A DNA stretch of 64,000 nucleotides from Octopus vulgaris (lineage: Eukaryota). A model generated the notes under the pieces. That model saw only the letters and a list, made by a program, of their open reading frames with translations. It was not told the DNA's origin and did not search any database. Positions 40,801 through 52,500 of this stretch are shown here, piece by piece (the stretch's first letter is position 1; each line of letters starts with the position of its first letter). The translations under genes and the position numbers were made by a program. The stretch covers positions 89,032,001 to 89,096,000 of the forward strand of contig OX597820.1 of assembly GCA_951406725.2 (NCBI GenBank). The letters are read 5' to 3'.

Positions 40801-42699
40801 TTCCATTATGCCGACAGAACTGAAAATCAATAGTTGAGTTAGTGTTAACATGATTAATGTAGCTGTCGTTAAAAAGCTAACTAGATATAAATATAGTAGT
40901 AGTAGTGGTGGTAGCTGTAGCAGTAGTGGTGGTGGTGGTGGCAGTGGTGGTGATTTTTGATTTAGGCACAAGGCTTAGAATTTTGAGGGGACAAGGTTAG
41001 TTGATTCTGTTGACTCCATTACGTGACTGGTTACTATATTTTTTATCAATGCCAAAAGGATGAAAGGCAAAGTTGACCTCAAGCAGGATTTGAACTCAGA
41101 ATGTAAAGAGTCAGAAAAAATACCACAATGCATTTTTCCAATGCTCTAATAATTCTTATTTCTTTATTGCCCACATGGGGCTAAACATAGAGGGGACAAA
41201 CAAGGAAAGAAAAAAGGGATTAAGTCAATTACATCGACCCCAGTGCGTAGCTAGTACTTAATTTATTGACCCCGAAAGGATGAAAGGCAAAGTCGAATTT
41301 GAACTCAGAACGAAACGGCAGATGAAATACCTATTTCTTTACTACCCACAAGGGGCTAAACACAGAGAGGACAAACAAAGACAGACAAATGGATTAAGTC
41401 GATTATATCGACCCCAGTGCGTAACTGGTATTTAATTTATCAACCCCGAAAGGATGAAAGACAAAGTTGATCTTGGCGGAATTTGAACTCAGAATGTAGC
41501 AGCAGACGAAATACCGCTAAGCATTTCGCCCAGCGTGCTAATGTTTCTGCCAGCTTGCAGCAGACGAAATACTGCCCAGCATTTCTCCTGGTGTGCTAAC
41601 AATTCTTCTAGCTTGCTGCCTTAGTAATAATAATAATAACAATAATAATGGGATTTTACAATCCAATGTGACTCCTAATTAATGCTTGGAGACCAGATAT
41701 TGTTGTGGTAGATAAAAGAAGAAAGGAAACAAAGATTATAGATATTGCAGTACCTGGGGATGCATACATAAGTGACAAAAAACTAGAAAAGATTGAAAAG
41801 TATAGGCTACTAAAAAGCGAAATTGCAAGAATAAGGACTATGAGGAGAGCATCTGTCATTCCAGTAGTTGTAGGGGCATTCAGAGCATTAGCATCCAAGT
41901 TTGAGAAATATGTCAGAGAAATTGGAATTGACATGAGAGCAGAGCAAGCCTCAAAAGCTGCTCTGTTGGGGACAGATAGGATTTTGAGATTGGTACTTGG
42001 ATGTTGAATGTCTCCCATGATAATTAACAACTAAGTATAAAGCTTATAATGTGTGGAAAGAGACCCTGTAAGACCTCTGACAGCAGGCTGTTGTCCTCTC
42101 CCACAGAATCAACCAGAGCAAACAAGACCGAGCACTCTTAGAAGTAAAACGATAATAATTATAATAATAGTTTCAAATTTTGGCACAAGGCCACCAGCAT
42201 TTTTGGAGGGGAGGGGCTGTCGTTTACATTGACTGTAGTGTTCAACTAGTACATATTTTATCAACCCTGAAAGGATGAAAGGCAAAGCTGACCTTGAGGG
42301 AATTTGAACTCAGAATGTAAGGATGGACGAAATACTGCTAAGCATTATGCCCAGCGTGCTAATGATTCTACCAGCTTGCTGCCTTAATATTAATAATAAT
42401 AATAATAATAATAATGATCCTTTCTACTATAGGTACAAGGATTGAAATTTTGGGAGAGGGGGTAAGTCAGTTACATTGACCCTAGTACTTGACTCCGAGA
42501 GGATAAAAGGCAAAGTTGACTTCAGCAGAATTTGAACTCAGAACACAAAGACAGACAAAATGCTGCTAAGCATTTTACCCGGTGCAGTAACGATTCTGCA
42601 GTTTGCTGCCTTAGTAGTAGTAGTAGTAGTAGTAGTAGTAATAATAATAATAATTAGTTTCTTTATTGGCCACAAGTGCTGAACACAAATAAAATTATT

Positions 42700-42745
<46 letters not shown>

Positions 42746-43957
42746 GCCCTGATGCAGTACCAGGCAGTGGCTCTCATGGCTTCTCATCTTAACTGATTGG
42801 AAGTGTTATCATGTACATTGTTTTGTCTTGGTATAAAAGATGGGCTACAGCAAATATTCTGCTCAATACCACAGATTTGCTTGTCAGTTGTTTGACCTTA
42901 ACCAGTTGAGCATGTCCCTTAGTGGCTGACGATATGTGCATCTCTGATCACGAGCAGAAGTAGTGGGGGAGCATCATAGCCATGTGTTGAGAGGGATTCT
43001 TTGGGGTTTGAATAGTTCACCTCTGGAAACATGGGTGGTTCTTTCAACATCCTTAAACAACCCTTATTCAGGGACTGTTTGAGCGGGATGGGCTACTCAA
43101 CCTGAAGAAAATTCTAACTGGGCCCCACCTGCAAGGTTATGTGCTGTTTATCTTGATATGAAATTACCATGTCGCGCACATATGGTTGTGATGCATGTGC
43201 CTGGTGTACCTTTATCAGACGGGTAGTCATGATGGGTATATTGGGCTTTGTATATTTTACCCCAGTGTCACTTTGATGGCATGCACTGCTCTCTCACTCA
43301 ATAATAATAATAATAATAATAATAATAGATGGAGTACAATGCCCTGATGGAGTACCATGCCCTGATGGAGTACCGATGCCCTGATGGAGTACCAGACAGT
43401 GGCTCTCAATGCCCTGATGGAGTACCAGACAGTGGCTCTCATGGCTTCTCATCTTAACTGATTGGAAGTGTTATCATGTACATTGTTTTGTCTTGGTATA
43501 AAAGATGGGCTACAGCAAATATTCTGCTCAATACCACAGATTTGCTTGTCAGTTGTTTGACCTTAACCAGTTGATCATGTCCCTTAGTGGCTGACAATAT
43601 GTGCATCTCTGATCACGAGCAGAAGTAGTGGGGGAGCATCATAGCCATATGTTGAGAGGGATTCTTTGGGGTTTGAATAATTCACCTCTGGAAACATGGG
43701 TCTTTTGTTCAACAACCCCTATTCAAGGACCTTTTGAGCAGGCTGGGCTACTCGACCTGAAGAAAATTCTAACTGGGCCCCACCTACATGTGCTGTTTAT
43801 CTTGATATGAGATCACCATGTCGCTCACATATGGTTGTGATGCATGTGCCTAGTGTACCCTTATCACACGGGTAGTCATGATGGGTATATTGGGCTTCGT
43901 ATATTTTACCCCAGTGTCACTTTGATGGCATGCACTGCTCTCACACTCAATAATAAC

Positions 43958-44026
<69 letters not shown>

Positions 44027-47000
44027 AAATTTTACTCACTAATGCTGTGTACAAGGAACAGATCAAACCAATGGATATTATGGATACTGTTGAATCTTTT
44101 TTGAGAACTAGAAAATAATGGATCAAAATAAACACCAATTTTAAAACAAATGAAATAAAAAAAACAAATGAAAATCAAAATAAACACAAATTTTAAAACA
44201 ACAAACGAAATAAAATAAACAAAGGAAAATAGTACACACCCAGCTAATATTGTACATATGTTTGAAATTGTTGATACCAATATTTGCATAGAACGACAGT
44301 TGTATGCCATCATTTCCTCCAACTATGTAACCCTTTTGATACCAACTCATCTGAAACTGCCCCTGGTTCTATGATACAAAACTCCATTTTAAAGAGGTAA
44401 CATTTATCCCCACTTAAACATGGATATTCTGTTACTATACTGCGATAGTTATCAAGAGAGAAATTATCTCATTTTTTTTTTTTCTTGATTCAGCTCAGAG
44501 CTGCGGCCATGCTGATACACCGCCGTTAAAAGAAAGACATTCCTATGCCGGGAATCGAATCTGGGCCGCCTGGGTGAAAGCCAGGAATCCTAACCACTAG
44601 ACTTATTGGCTTTTTGGTGCAAAATGCATTCTTGTTTACATTGAGAGCAGAAAGATAAATAGTGATATAAACAAGAGAACATTTTGTATCAAAAGCCTAT
44701 ATGAGAGTTTCTCTCATGGGACCTACCACAGTATAGTTTGTCCTAACAGAACATCCACATTTAAGTGGGAATAAATATTACGTCTTGGCAGTAATACAGC
44801 CTCTGTCACTAACGAACATGTTTTAACAAGCTCACTTGTTAATTGCGACACCAGTGCCTGTTCTGGTACTGTTTTTCTATATGTCACTGGTGGAGAGATG
44901 AGTTGTTGCCAGCTCTAGTGGTTGATCGTCCATCATTGACAAGACCAAGGAAGGCTGAAATTATGTGATCTGGTGGTCTCGGCACTGGAGGTGCAGGGAT
45001 TTATCTCCCTGCTAACAATATAAATAAGGGTGCATTTTGCACCAAAAGCCTCTGTCGCTAATTTATATTCCTCAATTTAAGATGGTCTTAATTAAAATCT
45101 TCTGTCAGAATTTCCTGTTACTTTGTGTTATAAATAGCAGCTAAATACTCTTTGCTTCTTTATGAACATGGGCTGAAATTTGAGAGAAGTAGGTTGTCAA
45201 TTACAACAGCCAATTCCAGTAATTGAATGGTGCTTATTTTATCGACCCCTGAAAGGATGAAAGCCATAGCTGACCTTGACAGAATTTGAACTCAGAACAT
45301 AAAGATGGACAAAATATTGCAAAGCATTTTTGTCCAGATTGGTAACAATTCTGATAGCTTGCTGCCTTACAGCAGCTTAATAATGACAAAGGTATGACTG
45401 AGACTATGCTGAAGCACCACTTTACTCTTTTACTTGTTTCAGTTATTTGACTGTGGCCATGCTGGAGCACGGCCTTTAGTTGATCGAGCAAATCAACCCC
45501 AGGAATTATTCTTTGTAAGCCTAGTACTTATTCTATCGGTCTCTTTTGCTGAACCACCAAGTTACGGGGACATGAACACACCAGCATCGGTTGTTAAGCG
45601 ATGTTGGGGGGACAATCACAGACATATACACACACAGACATATACACACACACACATATATATATATATATATGTATATATATACATACATACATACATA
45701 CGACGGGCTTCTTTCAGTTTCTGTCTACCAAATCCACTCACAAGGCTTTCATAGTAGAAGACACTTGCCCAAGGTGCCACGCAGTGGGACTGAACCCAGA
45801 ACCATGTGGTTCATAAGCAAGCTACTTACCACACAGCTACTCCTACACCTATAAGAATTTGAGGAATTTTAGTTGAATGAATCAACTCCCCCACCAATAC
45901 TCATTATTTTTTTAAGCTTGATATTTATTCTTCAGTCTCTGTGGCTGAACCACTAAGTTATGGGGGATGTAAGCGCACCAATACTGGTTGTCAAGCAGTG
46001 GTGGGATACACACACACACGATGGGATTTGTTCAGTTTCTATCTAGCAAACACACTCAGCTTGAGGTTATAGCAGAAGACACTTGCCTAAGGTGTCATGC
46101 AGTAGGACTGAACCTGGAATCATGTGGTTGGGAAGCAAACTTCCAACCACACACCTACGCCTGCACCCAATAAAATTTTCATTATTTTCAAAATTAATTG
46201 CAACACAGACTGTGGCGTTTCAACAGAAATATGTTTCAATTCATTTTGAAAATAAGGAAAAACCAACATTACTCCTGCCCCACAAATCTTTGCAACAGAA
46301 TTTTTCTTGAAGGAATTCCACACTTCTGCCTTTTTTTTTTTTTTGAGTTAGACTGTGAAAGAAAATGGTTTAGTTTGGAACAGGCATTGGTTTCCATTTC
46401 CAAGGAGTGAACTGCAGGACACCCAGTTCAACATCAGGCTGGCTGCACAACTAAAAAAGAACTGAAGGTCATGGCATTTAGAAAAGTCCAGTGGGCTGCA
46501 TTTGGTCCATGACTTGTTTAGGGATTCAAAGGCTGATACCATTGATTTGGATGATAGCAAGTTTGAACATCTTTAGGCAAATGTCTACAGAGAAAAAAAA
46601 AAAAAAAAAAGGGGTGGCTGTGTGGTAAGAAGCTGGCTTCCTAACCACATGGTTAGGAAGGGGAAGTCAAGTACATTGATCCTGGTACAGTAATGCCTCA
46701 CTTTATGAGGACCCGCTTTACAAAACCCCAGGTTTTTCAGCTCACTTTTGTATAGTGAACTGAAATTTTTCAAGCACAAGATTAAAATTTTTAATGAAGT
46801 GCAAATGTTTCTACTACCATTACAAATGCTTCTGCGTGTTGCCGAGAAATTTATAAGCTTCTTCCCAGCAGACAACTCTAGACTTGTTTTTTAAAAAGAA
46901 ATCTACTAGTCTGTCTGTGAGTGCTTGTGAATCAGTGATCGTGTCTACAAGTGATGGTGAGCGCGAGTCTAGTGCAAGTGAAAGTGATTCGGAAAATGAT

Positions 47001-49512
47001 TATAATAATAATATTTTTTATTATAAATCATCTTGACATTCTTTTTACATTACATAGAATATTCTTTACATTCTACTGTTGTTTTATTGCCATTTATTTA
47101 CAAGTTTTATAAATTTTATAGGTAAAATATTTTCCCCAGGAATGAATTACGATTTATAACATTGCTACAATGGGAAATTATTGCTCAGTGTTACAAGATT
47201 TTTGCTTTATGAGTGGTCTCCAGGAACAAATTCTTTTCTACTCTAGGCACAAGGCCCAAAAATTTGGGGAAGGGGGCCACTTGATTAGATCGATCCCAGT
47301 ACACAACTGGTACTTAATTTATTGACCCTGAAAGGATGAAAGGCAAAGTCGACCTCGGCAGAATTTGAACTCAGAACGTAAAGACAGATGAAATACCTAT
47401 TTCTTTACTACCCACAAGGGGCTAAACACAGAGAGGACAAACAAGGACAGACAAACGGATTAAGTTTATTATATCGACCCCAGTGTGTAACTGGTACTTA
47501 TTTAATCGATCCTGAAAGGATGAAAGGCAAAGTCGACCTCGGCAGAATTTGAACTCAGAACGTAATGGCAGATGAAATACCGCTAAGCATTTCGCCCGGC
47601 GTGCTAACGTTTCTGCCATTTCGCTTTAATTTGTCTCTAGGAACAAATTAACTTGTATAACAAGACATTACTGTACTTGATTGATTTTTATTTCATCAAC
47701 CCCCAAAAAGATGAGAGGCAAAGTTCACATCAGCGAAATCTGAAATGCAGCTAAGCATTCTATCTGGGTTGCTAATGATTCTGCCAGCTGACCACATTAA
47801 TAATGATAATGGCTTCAAATTTTGGCATATGGACACCAATTTCTGAGGAAGGATAAATCGATTATATCGACTCTAGTGCATAACTGGTACAGTGGAATTT
47901 GAACTCAGAATGTGAGGAAGAATGAAATGTTGCTAAGCATTTTGCCTGGGGTGCTATCAATTCTGCCAGCTCACTACATTAATAATAATAATGATGGTCA
48001 CTCCTGCCAATTTCAATGAATGAATGTTTAAAGAAAGGGATTTAAAAAAAAAAGAAAAAAAGGGATTAAGAATATAAGAAGCTGCATCTATTTGTGTTGG
48101 ATGTGTTAATGTAATGTGAGTCCAGGTATGGATTTTGCTATTGAAGTGACAATAATAATAACTTGTCAAAAATGCGTATAAAGCATATGCAGTAATGTAC
48201 AAATGTCTGGGAAGTGAACATTGTATGAGTCAGATACATGCTTGCGTGTGTATGGAGAGAAGAAAATCAGGTGTAGTGTTGGCGAATCTCAGGAAGCATG
48301 GAAGTTTTGAAGGATGCAGTGCTCCGACAACTAACAACTGATGCTGGCAGTTTGTTCCATGCTTCAGCAACTCTTAGCATGAAAAAATTTTTCCGAAAGT
48401 CATGGGAGCTGTGCTGTTTTCTGACTATGTAAACATGTCCATGGGTGTTAGACAGGTGGAGTTTGAAAAGGTGCTCAGAGTTATTGTTATTGCAAGATAA
48501 AATTCTTTTATTGTTCTATTGCTTGGCAGTTTCCGTCTGTAGAGTAAAAGAATAACGTTACTTATTTTTCACATACACATTAACACACACACAAAATATA
48601 TATGTATAAATGCTTATGTATGCCTTATAAGTGGAGGCGCAATGGCCCAGTGGTTAGGGCAGCGAACTCGCGGTTTCGATTCCCAGACCGGGCGTAGTGT
48701 GTGTTTATTGAGCGAAAACACCTAAAAGCTCTACGAAGCCCCGGCAGGGGGTGGTGGCGACCCCTGTTGTATTCTTTTGTCCCAACTTTCTCTCACTCTT
48801 TCTTCCTGTTTCTTGAGTAACGCTGCGATGGACTGGCGTCCCGTCCAGCTTGGGGGAACACATACGCCACAGAAATCGGGAACCCGGGCCTATGATCCTG
48901 GCTAGGCTTGAAAAGGGCGCATAAAAAAATAAAAATAAATGCCTTATAAAGTATGTGTGTACGCATTATTTAGAAATAAGATAGAAGTGAAGATAACAGG
49001 ATATATGCGTGTATTTTAAAGTTATTATTACAGCTCTTTCGTGATGTAATTTCTTCAGTTTAAACGTACAACTTTTGATTAAGTCAATTCGGCAAGTCCT
49101 AAATATTTCATAATCAGAAAATAAATGATACAAGGGACATAACTCTACCCTATGTGGACCAAATTTATAACGACTGATCTATTATCTCCCGTTGTATTCA
49201 TTCCGAACTTCCTTATTCTCTATTAGTTTAAATTTTTGAATCTCCCTTCTGCAATAAAATTCGAAAGATGATTAGGCTTTTAGTAAATGTTTGAAAAATA
49301 TTTTCAGACAAAAAGGTGTGTGATCGAAGGGAGATTTGGCTGTTGCTTCTAGCATATCCCATGACCACCTTCCTCGTTTCTTATTCTTTGTAAGCCCAGT
49401 ACTTATTCTATCAGTCTCTTTTGCCGAACCGCTATGTTACGGGGACATAAACACACCAGCATCGGTTGTCAAGCAATGCTAGGGGGACAAACACAGACAC
49501 ACAAATATACAC

Positions 49513-49565
<53 letters not shown>

Positions 49566-52500
49566 TACGACGGGCTTCTTTCAGTTTCTGTCTACCAAAT
49601 CCACTCACAAAGCTTTGGTTGGCCCAAGGCTATAGTAGAAGACACTTGCCCAAGGTGCCACGCAGTGGGACTGAACCCGGAACCATGTGGTTGGTAAACA
49701 AGCTACTTACCACACAGCCACTCCTGCGCCTAAAAATGCTAAACATATTTCCTTTTTTTTTTCTTTCTTTTTTTTTTTTTTTTACTGAAAAGGCTTCTCT
49801 AGTTTTTAAATGCATAATGTCTCAAAAAAAATTTTGTGTAGTGCCTACAAAATCGACCGAAATAGGTCTGGAGAGGGGAAGATGGGGGTGGGGGAGGTTG
49901 ACCCCCCCACCCTCCCACCATTTTTTGAAAAATTTAATTTTCTCTATTTACATTATTTACAATTGACAGATATTTGTCCTCCTCTCGCTTGTTAACACAA
50001 TATTTCGGCTGATATACCCTCCAGCCTTCATCAGGTGTCTTGGGGAAATTTGGAACCTGGGTTCTTATTCCTAAGGTATTTTTCGATGTTGTTGTTATTA
50101 TTATTAATATTAGTATTATTCATGTCACTACCTGGAATCAAACTCGGAATCTTGCAGTTAGTAGCCTGCGCTCTTAACTACTATGCCATATGCCCGTAGG
50201 GGTTAATAATAATAATAATAGTAGTAGTAGTAATAATAATAATAACAACATCGAAAAATACCTTAGGAATGAGAACCCAGGTTTGAAATTTCCCCAACAC
50301 ACCTGATGAAGGCTGGAGGGTATATCAGCCAAAACGTTGAGTTAACAACAAACAAGATGAGGACAAATATCCGTCAATTGTAAACAATGTAAATAATGTA
50401 CATAATTCCTTATCTCTTAAATATAGAATTGAAATTTCATTTTGTTAAAAAGATGCTCCAGATCTTTTCCAAAGGCACCATGAAATAAAATCTGAACAAT
50501 CCCCATCAAAAATGGAGAAGTTCCAATATATGTGGGCCACCTATTGCTGACATCTGCCTTGATTAATTCACAGAAGGTAAAATACTTAACCCAGTCACAC
50601 CCATTCTATGTTTCTGATGAAGCTGCATTTCTTTATCTTGCCCAGGATATTTATCGTCTGGAAACTGTTCAGCAACATGCAACCAAGAGAATATCCTCCA
50701 TCAGGCATTTGCCATATTCTGAATGCCTTACTTCCCTGGGCATGGATACATTGAAACTCCAACGTCTGGTAGCTGACTTGGCAGACTCCCATAAAATTAT
50801 TAACCATCTTACTAACAATAACTCTGAGCACCTTTTCAAACTCCACCTGTCTAACATCCGTGGACATGTTTACAAAATCAGAAAAACAGCACAGCTCCCA
50901 TGACTTTCGGAAACATTTTTTCACGCTAAGAGTTGCTGAAGCATGGAACAAACCGCCGGCATCAGTTGTTAGTTGTCGGAGCACTGCATCCTTCAAAACT
51001 TCCATGCTTCCTGAGATTTCTCTGTGGGAGCTGTTGAAGTACAAAGGTCACTAACATGGGAGAACCTCTCTCTCTCTCTCTATATATATATAAAAAAATA
51101 TAAATTATTGTTGTTGTCTGTAAGTTCTTTCATTATTAGACCTTGTGATGAAAAACTACAAGAAGCTTTTACCTAGTTGTTCAGCTGGATTAATCATCAT
51201 CAACCGTTGCCAGCCTCCCCTGGTGCAGCCTCTTGGCTTCCCAGATCCTGGTCGAACCATCCAACCCATACTAGCACAGAAAACGGACGTTAAACGATGA
51301 TGATGATGATGATCATCATCATCATCATTAACAACATTTATTAGCTGTTTTCCATGCTTTGGGCAGCTTGAAAGGAACTGGGAAGGCCAGGGGTTGCACC
51401 AGGTTCCATAGTCTGTTATAACATGATTTCTATGGCTGGATGCCATTCCTAATGACAACCACTCCACAGAGTGTACTGGGTGCTTTTTATCTGGTACCAT
51501 TATCAGTGCTTTTTACATGACACCAGCTCCAGTGCTTTTTATGTGGCACCAACACCCACACCAATGCTTTTTATGTGGCACCTTGATTTTAGGATCTCAA
51601 TTCTGTTGTAGTGGGTGGGTTTTCTTGTGTACAGCAATATGCCTCATATCTCAGTCCTCTGTTATCTCCTTCGTAAGGTTCAATGTTTTGAGATGGGCCT
51701 TCAGTACATTGTCCCATGTCTTCCAACCCACTAAAGAGAACATATTTCAGAATAAAAGTGGGATGTTTGTGGCAGGATAAACTGATCAAACATGTTATTT
51801 GATAAAACATCATCAATAACAAAGACTGGCTCAAACAACAACAACAGCACCGAGATTTAAGGAATTCCATAAACTAACAAGAGAGTCCTTTATACCAACA
51901 GTTCTCAAATTGGGGTATATGTATCCCTAGAGGTATGCAAGAGAAATTATAGAGGCATGTGAGGTTTGTAGAAGCACTGGAATTTTAGAGTAATCACAAG
52001 TAGTTTCTTTTCAATGGTGCACTGTCAGATTTAATAAAGATTTTTGTAAAAAAGAACAAAAAACTTTACCAAGTACAATGTCTGTAATTCTTGGCTTCCA
52101 GATATAATGACAAATTATACATTGTTTGTTTGATATGGTATTTATAAAATGGCATTCACTCATTTTACAATATATTGTTGCAAAATGCAGCCTCCTGACA
52201 CGAAAACTGTTCCAACAGTGAAGTTAGCAGCTGGGAAACCACAGACCATCCCTGCAAGCCGACTTGCCCAGAGAGGAAGAAGTAGTTGTACATGGCTGGA
52301 TGTCTTGTGTAATGTAGTTTTACAGTGCCCAGGTTCACACTGACTCTAGTTCTTTGTCATCCAACTTCACACATTCACTAACCAGTTTTGAATTGAACCA
52401 GCCAGGATCCCTGGTCTGGTGTTACGTAAAAAGCACTATCCGACTCGTGGCCGATGCCAGCACCACCTCGACTGGCTTCCGTGCCGGTGGCACATAAAAT

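Noticed and set aside
44240-44350. Apparent minus-strand exon [37 protein letters not shown]
   Set aside because: Weak donor, acceptor appears to lie in a repeat end, no SLC5 similarity, and its phase is incompatible with the 56677-to-44107 junction.
45591-45854. Recurrent peptides such as [11 protein letters not shown] and [17 protein letters not shown] in many ORFs, resembling a gene family
   Set aside because: They are reading frames of the family-A SINE, not paralogous genes.
46200-46585. Possible Tc1-like transposase remnant or exon with a strong minus-strand acceptor
   Set aside because: All three frames after the acceptor hit stops and no diagnostic motif could be read confidently.
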